From the IMG/VR virus record IMGVR_UViG_3300021079_000006, positions 1 to 64,000 of that record: DNA of 64,000 bases; one strand, given 5' to 3'. The notes under the pieces are model-generated. The model ran no database searches. It had not been told where the DNA came from and saw only the letters and a program-made list of their open reading frames with translations. Source of the DNA: an uncultured virus (IMG/VR IMGVR_UViG_3300021079_000006) (taxonomy: Duplodnaviria > Heunggongvirae > Uroviricota > Caudoviricetes). The position numbers and the translations under genes were made by a program. Positions 11,201 to 17,783 of the stretch are shown here, piece after piece; position 1 is the first letter of the stretch; the number at the start of each line of letters is the position of its first letter.

Positions 11201-12667
11201 CCACCCGGGCTGCTCTCGGGCAATTGCCTCCGCTTCACGCTGCGCTTGCAGTGCCGCGCTATCAGCGGCGTACATAACATTGCGAGCCTCACCAGTCTTT
11301 CCAGCCGCTCTCAACCCTCGACCTATTTGCTGACCTAACATGCTCAAATCTCGCACAACTGCCCCGCCCAACCCAAACACGTTTAATGGCGATGTCATGG
11401 CAATTGCGCCAACTTGTTCAGGGTCTTCCCGTAGACGATTGGCTTCTTTTATTTGAGCTTGCACCCCAGTTTCAGCGGCTGCTTCTGCTTGCAATCGACG
11501 GTTAGCCCTCGCTGCTTCAATATTGCCTCCAAATCCAAAAACAGCGTCTTCTGCTGGGGGCATCAACTTTTCAACAACATCAACCCAGTATTTTTTAACG
11601 GCAGGATCTTGCCACAGGTCATCAATTGTTCTGGCCAAAACAGCGGGATTTTTTTCCCTCTGCATGTGGTCGATATACTTTGCATTCATCCGAGTTGCAA
11701 AGTTCTTCCTAGCTTGATCCATTGCTGGAGCAGCCGCAGCTTCACGCAATGCAGCTTCTTGCTCCATAGAGATGGCAGGAGCAATTGATGGGTCTGCTAG
11801 AGTCCCTTCCGCAGTGGCTTTAGCAATGCCAACCTTAGCCTTGTCCCAAAGCATAGCTCTACCTTCAGAAAAATCCTTTGTTGCCTTTAAAAGGTCTTCT
11901 CTAGCCATCAAAAGGGCATCGCCAAACACCCGAGCGGACCGATACGTTTTGTCTCGGAGCGACAATTCAGCGTCTCGGATTTGCTGTTCGTTTAGTCCCT
12001 TTTTTTGCTCTTCAGTGAGCGTTTTGCCTTTCCCGAAATCTTCAGGGCTACCGACATACACTGCGCCTGTAAGAGCATCCTTTGCTAGCCTGCCAGCGCC
12101 AGCAGCAAGAGGAGGCAAAGACGCCAACATTCCAACCCCGGCCTTCCCTGCGTCTGCAATTAAATCAAACGCACTTGTATCCTTGTTCCACCTGTAATCG
12201 AACAGAGACTGCAACTGCACAGGGTTTTCGGCCATGTTGTACCAAGGAACTGTCTTGTGTAGCTCCTCAAGGTCGTGCGGGTCGGTGATTCCTTTGAACA
12301 CCGTTTCCGTAATCCCCTTGCGGGTGTTAGGATCAGTGATTCCAGCGTATGCATTAAACTTGCCTGTTGGGCCAACCGGGACTGGGGCAAACTGCCCAGA
12401 GCCGAGTGCTCCGCTGCCAATCAACGAAGACTGTTCTGGAGGCGCAGTGCTGCCGACCATTTCGGGACGAAACATCTCGCCGCCACCAGACAGCGTGCCA
12501 CCAGAAGTCTGCATTCCGGGGGATTCCCCCTTGAATGCAGCTAGAATTTCTTCATCAGAAATGCCTTTTGCCTCTTCCTTGCTGTAAATAGGCTGACTGA
12601 CAGATGGCTGTTCTCCCTTAAACGCAGCCAGAATTTCTTCGTCTGAAATCTTTGGAGTTTCAGCCAT
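2261..12667 (-). CDS. Giant polyvalent internal virion/ejection protein (zincin-like peptidase, GNAT, LPD-type domain, polyvalent kinase-like domain, C-terminal glycosylase-like domain)
   Basis: 3468-aa ORF after the ejection genes; HEVVGH..EETLAE; FEKQGYGEALY; IEELQSDLHQ/GFYDKILP; GAEHQV..EQPYV..DAHEGNV..FVID; GWY..GPKIGSF..TADLWY..QAALW. Confidence 0.75.
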   Translation of the reverse strand: MAETPKISDEEILAAFKGEQPSVSQPIYSKEEAKGISDEEILAAFKGESPGMQTSGGTLSGGGEMFRPEMVGSTAPPEQSSLIGSGALGSGQFAPVPVGPTGKFNAYAGITDPNTRKGITETVFKGITDPHDLEELHKTVPWYNMAENPVQLQSLFDYRWNKDTSAFDLIADAGKAGVGMLASLPPLAAGAGRLAKDALTGAVYVGSPEDFGKGKTLTEEQKKGLNEQQIRDAELSLRDKTYRSARVFGDALLMAREDLLKATKDFSEGRAMLWDKAKVGIAKATAEGTLADPSIAPAISMEQEAALREAAAAPAMDQARKNFATRMNAKYIDHMQREKNPAVLARTIDDLWQDPAVKKYWVDVVEKLMPPAEDAVFGFGGNIEAARANRRLQAEAAAETGVQAQIKEANRLREDPEQVGAIAMTSPLNVFGLGGAVVRDLSMLGQQIGRGLRAAGKTGEARNVMYAADSAALQAQREAEAIAREQPGWLEKPLGNIADTIDRSKTAFESLPKPVKYAGSTLLGAGAGALASDDPLAGALKGAGTGLGIQLAGKAIAAAPRLGQQLLKAGRLSGAELGRFEALEKMESASPEVQRFLNWSQKAGGGKALDFIEKNANVFVQHNVSMLPMMVAMGVLEDKDAQEFAQMWAEFATYGFIHGQVLGGLVGNDPIRNKMNRDAEMRQAQRVMLGLSPESRENVTNLNWDKVIKQSEKRLDRAQKTHFAEMVNGANTPEAAKAKADYEFAYRLHQENIVAPPEARQAFEDGIKLSLGKVSNLINGVLTPNSNMNIELLTSSQIIDKMITENPNFNGVGAPMTIEQALEKNPTADGIMIGKGTAKDGFTMDPAKDTVFVNVENALKKAELSGEAISNVLAHEVVGHGLFGKDEYRKRIAPLFNKIFGTEAVDENGNVRQITPAEPGMSRDDLFGKFYKKYLEGKTAEQVQDYAEAAGVWDEAANDFNKNKIVELMREETLAEAHAGRFFGDPESPAQRGINWLASRVSSNNVKSALNHLYAIAGPAVYKQWTSGLVGATYSPEVMRAIRNVEREMKKYDGDFTDAEPGEAVAAPITPKDVKNSKELLNKYFKDTGKFETIPVAVVTDADGKVVQTVNLTDNNASEGSWIYHQDDTTGDNVPNKERGFGELHPELVGLEVPVGGRVQVERQIAYDEATGKPKERKNKETVAHIKRRVQMVRDAIDNAGDPSELGRFRAIKGGQGKDDEDLHYTGKMTPAQRAAIAALPESIVPASMKELLFKYDDLMTRGDGTVLDIDYASRLNDKGNYQAFSPKIRQIVPLQLHLSKAGNFYTTAWDISDLRRKVGLYEKYAKGVFEPWGGDTQKFWNEFRTVLLPNLANPDASVPGWQGLDADPNVAKLKRTIYEKMLGAPNPNVPDVESIPDLDRNKFSRSERKLDKQSSFDQIIKSFRLDSHTAAEENANTEYKYPIPYKARFMPEQEAKEEQRPALGGSILKGLGSVSAKYDPKGTGEIKATVQPAEAQVRFIPEKLEDEYRRVPTQEELNVMKARLPKYKSRVEEIEEDPDTHIYIYPEMSNKVAASATVTRDPYDPELLKVVLSANSSGFEKQGYGEALYREIAKYAQSIGATKLYGEPISKQATLRREKLFDTETGRPDPQGGSMWASSKIPSGIRFMPEREEDPTKVAPGFYSKAGRVLLNKMPNRASAEQIRGILDPQKGSGVKPDEMKWSGINQFIDAAQAEKGYVTKDDVKQFLKDGYVAKFETQRMREAKSFEGEFYSEAEEWGGAAKFNTIEEAEKSAMEMFGMSRPEAEEFVSETNQIDSEYGEDETQYSKYKLPGGTNYEEVVLRMPSKTEIDPIASFKKLNDGSFDVEFIDGEQGTYDTLDQARIDGRGESDVVGVGEFRSSHFPDVPNYVAHMRTQDFGTGRLIEELQSDLHQAARKRGYKNEQLRDYNRVREIEAKGQAATPEERKEWTALMNAGAMRQDGVADAPFRKDWPIQLFKHALQKAVADGKNWIGWTGGEAQADRYSLSKHVSAIDLINDGDGKYHVSAYQNTDGSNLPVSVINKPGLSAQEVADTIGKPLAEKLIADLNSQSDPVTAYAKADGLDLDIGGEGMTGFYDKILPNEIGKYVKQWGAKVETGEVEGKKEYVIQGNPNIAPTMTFTNRSHAVVALNNRGRGEGGEVVEIGENPKIWKVAITPEMRSSVEGGQARFMPDGNPKESGDFAEKEEYERILNSRQSREGEVSRAGSSQNKQGSRAPSENLGSVFERSVRGKDSESEQVRGETESRRASEAAKRAQDTRLVDAARQHGALLDHRDFLERWRASGYKSGAEHQVILGNENGKVEKRTNIPMFEENWGDYFDRIRLHNEFFPETKITVKGIHDQAKESEANVQGNFSDLVTGRVTGSDPGAYVVTEQPYVKILDPLSINQIDSYLNQRNFFRIVRGNLFEFYNPKAKTFLRDAHEGNVVSGLGPDGKEAIFVIDVPMRYANASDANDIKAFNRKLFTKMVNGSISREKYDEIKPFLTDPSASGALEGAQVRFMPDNENIPGALEGIKIEPKEEERLPALASIAPLPKTITDERGMFSVVIGAKPGEHGYTYRTASELRDQLKTVSGQKAAVETWGELQLKKQRQLELLAKADEAAKNAKKPEKTAEFEAKKAAYAEKVAALDTQIEEMRSQFPEKMQNMSPEDAAWKAQVKKLNRSFEEVSLKATPAPFTANPLGIRSMAELGDSVHDILKSDGFNGILKDFFGLDGLEIRPIAGTWQGKVEPSFDLVHPELTFDKAKQITQLLTLAFAQDAGITYKPSIDLKEGTQAAYLIHSTKLTDDQLKLAFDKAREVGVDVSTTTDGKGIKALNFGTEDFASKLSEIQKSASIDQSYETIVASELYETEKIFKGRDNQRVLPVWLQATSGGQSLLQRSIDSLLIDYAKAAAAQGYIFDPALYAKRYGLSDSDAKYIKDKLYPVDPMARSASPLLAGTEILPVRSTYTLAGKRETAVPDMIHALQNRAASDGVILPGDYSPRAMDIISSVVADEVQQHMARAALNPKSPNAIGWYDAALKRMKGMYSQLFPWLEVGSPQHDADKSLVFDAVLGIASQGNDVFENGKMATRVTLMLENGKTLPEIVTALHGTFGDKTAAIENNILKLHELLTRHTPSQLRALLFKTDTVANWNKNLKQDTSLYYNGEPLSVEGGKNQMVTGFMVFGPKIGSFINNLHGDYSTLTADLWYTRTWNRILGRSFKYDPLKEGHQFERFQDSLIEEYNRNQALKKGKEYTDRVLIKKGVEEPYLYGEDAPRWSKKEFHKLLEDSGAMLEFAEHLEKVFRTGSFKGKTELRRAAKNWVQDRTTPLGAPRASNERAFQQTTMEQAQARLAQAGIVVTIADMQAALWFNEKELFGKYGAATSGAEPADYADAAKFSLDIIQAGGLFQVDRKGETVRLLSEADEANLTGVKSPNKGLMKQLMEKEKAIKAAEKLRKEAEGEDEE

Positions 12668-12670
12668 AAA

Positions 12671-14743
12671 TTACTCTTTTGAGGAAGTATTCCATCCGCC
12701 ATCAGCGTTCCATCCGTTCTCAAACTGTGATGGCGCAGGTGCAGAGAAATACGAAGCGTGAAACCCGGGCACTTTGAAGTATGTCAGGGATCCAAAAGCT
12801 TCCTTTTTGGGGTGTTTTAACTCATCAAGGTTCGGAGGGATAAAGCTGTTGTTTTTCAACGCAATGTAATCTTTAACAATCGGGTTTAGTTTCAAAAATT
12901 GCTCACGTTTATCTTTGGGCATTTCCCCCTTTAAAGTGCCAGTTGCGTCATCAAAATACTCACCTTTCAATTTTGCGTGCTCAATCAATGCTTGCTCTAG
13001 ATCTTTCCCTCCGAGTTGCTCTTTCAAGAACTCCTTTGTCTTCAGTAGCGGATATTTTACAGGCAACTTGATAGGCGAAATGTTTGGGTTTTCGCTTTTC
13101 AAAATAGACTCAATATTTGTCAACTGAGCGTTCACCTGATCCGCAGACGTGTTGTAAGTGTTAAGCATCAAATCTTGCATTGTGCGGACATCACGTTCAT
13201 CAAGCGTAGCCCCAGAGTTCCAAAATTGCACTTTTTTGGCAATGCTCTGCCATCCGCTCAAACCTGAAAATGCGTGTTTTGTTTCTTTGAATTGGGCTTC
13301 GGTAGGAGCTTTTCCAGAAGCAAATTGAGCAAACAAATCCATCATTTCTTGATGGACTGCCCCCAATGATGCTTCAGCATTATTTTTACGAGCAATTTTA
13401 TCTTCCGCCACGGCTGTAAGCATGCGCTGCATTGCGTCTTTACGAGTGTCCATCAACTTTGATGTCGGATGCCTTTCGTAATTATTTGCCATTGCCGTCA
13501 CTTTGGCTTCTCGGGAAATATCAAGGCGCTGCTGTTTCAATCCTTGAGTTGCAGCATGTTCTTCAACGGTGCGAATTTCGGCCCTGCGTTCTTTTGTCAC
13601 ATCTATGTAATCAACGTGAAAATAAGGAACTTGCGTGGTCGGATCTTTGGACACCGCCATAACCTCTCCAAAAGGATATTTCCTGTTGAATGTAAGCGCC
13701 TGAAGATTTGCTAAATCTTTTCTTTCTGGATAACGAGTCAGCATGTCTCGCTGATTAACTTTTTGAATGTCTGGTACTCTAGCCAAGGCCCCTTTTGGTT
13801 TTGAGTCTTCAGGCTGAAGTGATGGCTCTCCTAACATTCCCAATGCAGGCAGATATTTAACGGCATCAGTCTGGGAATTGTCTTTTTCCCCGGCAGGAGT
13901 TCCAAGTGCAGGAAGCTCTTCTTTTTTTGATTCTTCTTTTGGTTTTGGAGGTTCAAAAGTTGGTAGTGGCAAGCTTGAAAGCCTTCCCTTTTTGATAATT
14001 TCAGCCTCTTGCTCTGCTGGCGTTAATTCAACAGGAACCGCAATAGGAGCCGCCACAGGAATAACTTTAGGCGGAGCCGCTGTGGAAGCCACAGGAACAA
14101 CCTTAGGTGGAGCGGCGATAGGAGCAACTGAAAGCGACATTGCAGGCCCACCCGTTGGGGCTCCGTTTAATGTCATTGTTGGCATGCTTGGAATAAGAGG
14201 AGAAGCAGTGGCAATGCCTTGCAGTGCTCCAACTTGGTCAGTAGAAGATGCCTGCGGGAGCGGGAGCGGGTCAAGTGTGGGGGCAATGCGTGTGTTGGTT
14301 GCTCCAGTTGATGCATCACCTTGATCGCCTTCATCACCCCCAGCCCCAATAACCGGGTCTAAAGAAAACTGTTGCTTTCCTTTCCCAGAAGAAACAGCGT
14401 CCACCCGGGCCATCGCCTCTTTGTGCATGTCCTCGTTTCGCTTTTCTTGAGCCGCCTGTTTCTGCTCTTGTAAAGCTTGCTGTCTCTCAGCTAACGCTGT
14501 CCTTTTGGCGTCTTTCTCTGCCGCATATCTGGCGCTGATTCCAGCCCCAATGGACTTGATTGCGCTCTCGATCCCTTGAGCAATGTAAGGCTTGCCTTCA
14601 GGAACCACCCATTGAGCACCTGCACTAATTTGAATTGGATTCTGACCAAATGACAACGGACGAATACCTGCCAGCGCATTATAATTAATGTTTGGCGTGG
14701 CTAATTGAATTGGAATTCCAGCGGTGTCGTAAAACAAAGGCAT
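12671..14743 (-). CDS. Putative internal virion (ejection) protein
   Basis: Large ORF with coiled-coil and Pro/Ala-rich segments, directly upstream of the giant protein; start taken at MPLF (TAG-t-ATG coupling). Confidence 0.55.
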   Translation of the reverse strand: MPLFYDTAGIPIQLATPNINYNALAGIRPLSFGQNPIQISAGAQWVVPEGKPYIAQGIESAIKSIGAGISARYAAEKDAKRTALAERQQALQEQKQAAQEKRNEDMHKEAMARVDAVSSGKGKQQFSLDPVIGAGGDEGDQGDASTGATNTRIAPTLDPLPLPQASSTDQVGALQGIATASPLIPSMPTMTLNGAPTGGPAMSLSVAPIAAPPKVVPVASTAAPPKVIPVAAPIAVPVELTPAEQEAEIIKKGRLSSLPLPTFEPPKPKEESKKEELPALGTPAGEKDNSQTDAVKYLPALGMLGEPSLQPEDSKPKGALARVPDIQKVNQRDMLTRYPERKDLANLQALTFNRKYPFGEVMAVSKDPTTQVPYFHVDYIDVTKERRAEIRTVEEHAATQGLKQQRLDISREAKVTAMANNYERHPTSKLMDTRKDAMQRMLTAVAEDKIARKNNAEASLGAVHQEMMDLFAQFASGKAPTEAQFKETKHAFSGLSGWQSIAKKVQFWNSGATLDERDVRTMQDLMLNTYNTSADQVNAQLTNIESILKSENPNISPIKLPVKYPLLKTKEFLKEQLGGKDLEQALIEHAKLKGEYFDDATGTLKGEMPKDKREQFLKLNPIVKDYIALKNNSFIPPNLDELKHPKKEAFGSLTYFKVPGFHASYFSAPAPSQFENGWNADGGWNTSSKE

Positions 14744-14744
14744 A

Positions 14745-15257
14745 CTAAGAGCCCCCAAAGGAGATTTGACCTAAATTCGGGACTTGAAATTGTTTCACCT
14801 CGGGCGGGGTTGCCGTCATTTGGTTTGCCGCCCGGGCAGCTTGTGGGCCTTGAGACACTTGAGCTGCTTGCGGTGACATTCTTGGCGATTGGGTTGTAGC
14901 AGCGGGGGAAACGGGCGCTGCTGCCGCTCCGGGTGCTTTAAGCACGCTCGCGTTGGTTATGCCCTGAGGGGCAGAATATGCCGTTGGCTGCTGCACTGCT
15001 GGTGTTACTGAAGCGGAAGTAGAAGGTGATGCAGATGGCGCTGGAAGCCCTTGTGCAGGCTCTGTCTTTACTGGGTGAGCATCTCCATACGCTTTGGTGA
15101 AATCACCGTAGCTCTGTCCTTTTGCGGGGGGAGGAGCGTCAGAGTGAGCCGCAGCAAACTCACGATTTTTTGTAAAATCCGAGCCAAAAGTAGCATTTAA
15201 AAAGTTGGTTCCACCTATTTTTTCAATAAAGTCAGGGTTTTTAAATTTTCCGCCCAT
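14745..15257 (-). CDS. Low-complexity putative ejection protein ending QFQVPNLGQISFGGS
   Basis: A/P/S/Q-rich, MGG start, lies in the ejection cluster. Confidence 0.55.
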   Translation of the reverse strand: MGGKFKNPDFIEKIGGTNFLNATFGSDFTKNREFAAAHSDAPPPAKGQSYGDFTKAYGDAHPVKTEPAQGLPAPSASPSTSASVTPAVQQPTAYSAPQGITNASVLKAPGAAAAPVSPAATTQSPRMSPQAAQVSQGPQAARAANQMTATPPEVKQFQVPNLGQISFGGS

Positions 15258-15259
15258 AA

Positions 15260-15817
15260 TTAAGATCCTCCAAAGGTTAAGCCCGAAATGCTCGGGAGAC
15301 GAAAGTTGCTCTGCTCTTGCGCTTGTTGTGTAAGAAAAGCTCCACCGCCACCCGGCTTATTATAAACTGGAGCATTTTTTACTGCTTTTGTCATGGAAGT
15401 TGGTGCGCTAAAATTAGTTGGCGACCCATCGCTCGTAGACATTGGTCCCACAGCTTGCATTGGTCCCACAGCTTGACTAGCTGTTGTATCTGGAGCAGTT
15501 GCCGTAACTGGTCCGCCAAGGGTAGCCTGCCCAACAATGTTTGGATGCTGAATGTCATAAAGTTTTTTTGCCTGAACGTCAGAGGCTGCTTTTGCTTGAG
15601 CATCCGCATTAGCTGCGGCCAAGCTATTTGCCTTCATTAAGTTAAGCCCTACGCCCGCAGAAACAAGTCCAATTGGCCCCATGAACGGGGCAGTGGCAAC
15701 CAGTACTGGAGCAAGTTCTTTTGGAACCGCTTTAGTAAATTCTTTTGGAACAGCCTTGGCTATTTCATTGGGAATCATTTTTGCAACGGCACGAAATCCA
15801 GATGACAACCAGCTCAT
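15260..15817 (-). CDS. Low-complexity putative ejection protein ending NFRLPSISGLTFGGS
   Basis: KAVPKE repeats and a hydrophobic helix; start taken at MSWL. Confidence 0.55.
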   Translation of the reverse strand: MSWLSSGFRAVAKMIPNEIAKAVPKEFTKAVPKELAPVLVATAPFMGPIGLVSAGVGLNLMKANSLAAANADAQAKAASDVQAKKLYDIQHPNIVGQATLGGPVTATAPDTTASQAVGPMQAVGPMSTSDGSPTNFSAPTSMTKAVKNAPVYNKPGGGGAFLTQQAQEQSNFRLPSISGLTFGGS

Positions 15818-15818
15818 A

Positions 15819-16301
15819 TTATATTCCTCCAAAAGTTACTCCAGTCGTGCGGGGCATCTGGAATTGTGATTGCTTAGAATTGGGCATAGCTGGGTTTACT
15901 GGGCTCAAGTTGCTTCCAGCAAGATTGGCCGCAGTCCGGGGTAGATAGTATGCCGCTGCGCTTAAATTAGATAGCTTGGCTTGATTTAAGGCATTAACGT
16001 CAATTGCGCCACCAGTAATGGCGGACCCAGCCATTCCCGCCTGAGCTGCCGCCGCCTGTGAGGCAGTAGAATCTTTTGCCTTCTGATAAGCCTGCGCTCG
16101 AAGGAGGCTTTGTTGCGCCTGAGAATTACTCTGGTTCATGCCTAGCTGCGCTGCGTTATTTTGAGCGTCAATCATGGCTCTGCGCTGGGCTTCCGCTGCA
16201 TCCTGCGCTGCTGCCCCCTGTTGTTGGCGCATCAATTCAATCTGCGCGATCATCGGAGTGTAATCAGGAGGTGGTGGTGCTGAGTAATGTGATCCGCCCA
16301 T
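15819..16301 (-). CDS. Putative ejection protein ending QFQMPRTTGVTFGGI
   Basis: MGG..APPPPDY N-terminus typical of podovirus internal proteins; Q/A-rich. Confidence 0.6.
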   Translation of the reverse strand: MGGSHYSAPPPPDYTPMIAQIELMRQQQGAAAQDAAEAQRRAMIDAQNNAAQLGMNQSNSQAQQSLLRAQAYQKAKDSTASQAAAAQAGMAGSAITGGAIDVNALNQAKLSNLSAAAYYLPRTAANLAGSNLSPVNPAMPNSKQSQFQMPRTTGVTFGGI

Positions 16302-16307
16302 AATTTG

Positions 16308-17141
16308 TTATTTCTTAAATAGCCCGGGATTGCCAGCAAATCCTCCTGCAATTGACCCTGCCGCGCCAATACCAGCCCCAACAAGAGCATTGCTTTGATC
16401 TGCGTTATGCTGCGCCCCTTGGAGCATAGCCTGTTGGTAGTTCTGCCAGTCTTTTTTGTTAGCTTCCGCCGCTTGATTGGTAGAAGACATCATCTGATTA
16501 ATCCAGTCTGTCGTTGTCTGAGCAGCGCCTTGCGTGCGCCCCAGCATCGCTTCTTGAAATCCAGCCCGCTGTTGCATTCCCTGAGCTTTAGCGGCCTGCT
16601 GTGCGCCCAGAATCGAACCAACATCAATGCCTGCGGTGGGTGCTGGATTGCCACCAAGATAAGCTTGCGCCCGATCTAGATTTGCCCGTCGCATTGCCAT
16701 CCCTTCGAGCGTTCCAGCGTCGTAGAGCGCCGACTTGCCAACCGTGGAATCAGCCATCCCAGAACCAAGATATTTGGCTAACCCCGCACGTTTTGCCCAT
16801 TGATCCATTTGTTTCTGCCAGTTCCCGGGCGAGAGGTCTTCCTGCATTGCGGCTGGCAGTGACTGGCGCAACGCTGCCATTTCTGGGTTGGTCTGCTTTT
16901 CAAGCTCCTTCGACTTAAAGGAGTTAATTGCAGCAATTTCGCCAGCTTGCGTTGACATGCCATCCTGCCCCCAGATGTCAGGAGTCCAGCTTTCCAAAGG
17001 CATGTTAGCAGCAAAGCCAAGCAGCCTGTTTTGTTGGGCCATCTGTTGGGTGCCCAGAGCCGACTGCATGCCAAGTTGCGCCGCCGAAAGGGCAGGATCT
17101 GGGCGAGTGATAAAAGCTGAAGGGTCAACGGAAGATCCCAT
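16308..17141 (-). CDS. Putative DNA-transfer/ejection protein
   Basis: Q/A/G-rich helical protein with a C-terminal GxxxG hydrophobic segment. Confidence 0.55.
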   Translation of the reverse strand: MGSSVDPSAFITRPDPALSAAQLGMQSALGTQQMAQQNRLLGFAANMPLESWTPDIWGQDGMSTQAGEIAAINSFKSKELEKQTNPEMAALRQSLPAAMQEDLSPGNWQKQMDQWAKRAGLAKYLGSGMADSTVGKSALYDAGTLEGMAMRRANLDRAQAYLGGNPAPTAGIDVGSILGAQQAAKAQGMQQRAGFQEAMLGRTQGAAQTTTDWINQMMSSTNQAAEANKKDWQNYQQAMLQGAQHNADQSNALVGAGIGAAGSIAGGFAGNPGLFKK

Positions 17142-17145
17142 AGTT

Positions 17146-17535
17146 TTAAAAGGTAGGATAGTACAATTCTCTGTTAAGTCTAGTTAATCCAAGTTTTTTC
17201 ATTATGTCTTCTGAAAAATTGCCGATTCCATTGTTGTTGTTGGACGGAACTGCAATGTAGCCCGGATTGCCTGATAGTTGAGAGTGTGTTTTCCAGTCAT
17301 TCATCACCTGAACAACGTCCCTTGGCTTAGTGTGTTCAGGGTGGAACGCTGGGTATGCTGTTGGGATAAAGACCTGATCAATGTATCCAAACAAGCGCCC
17401 ATTTTTGTAATTTGCATAAACCACAATGTTTGGATGTGGCGTTATGACGTGGTTAAACGATTTTGCAAACTCTTGAAGTTCAGAGAATTCAGGAGTTCCG
17501 TCTTGTGTTTTTCTGTAATGGATGGAATTTATCAT
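17146..17535 (-). CDS. Hypothetical protein (GNAT-like position ahead of ejection proteins)
   Basis: Tightly coupled ORF; start taken at MINSIH; ..MKKLGL C-terminus. Confidence 0.5.
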   Translation of the reverse strand: MINSIHYRKTQDGTPEFSELQEFAKSFNHVITPHPNIVVYANYKNGRLFGYIDQVFIPTAYPAFHPEHTKPRDVVQVMNDWKTHSQLSGNPGYIAVPSNNNNGIGNFSEDIMKKLGLTRLNRELYYPTF

Positions 17536-17536
17536 T

Positions 17537-17782
17537 TTATGGGAATAATTGAACACTTACCGTTTCGTCAGCGATAGAAATGTTCTTGGTTGCTTCGTAA
17601 GCTATGACTTGCGCCCGTTGTGTGGAATTTCCGCAAACTACGCACGGGACACACCCAGAGCCAACGCCACTTATTAGCGGAATACTGGAATACAAGGGGA
17701 TAATTCCATCATTGCCATATGGAGAGACAAATTTGTTTGGAAAAACCGAAACCGCCGTTGATGCCGATTTAATGGATGGCAT
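17537..17782 (-). CDS. Small Cys-containing hypothetical protein (CVPCVVC)
   Basis: Fills the gap with stop-1nt-ATG coupling on both sides. Confidence 0.55.
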   Translation of the reverse strand: MPSIKSASTAVSVFPNKFVSPYGNDGIIPLYSSIPLISGVGSGCVPCVVCGNSTQRAQVIAYEATKNISIADETVSVQLFP

Positions 17783-17783
17783 A

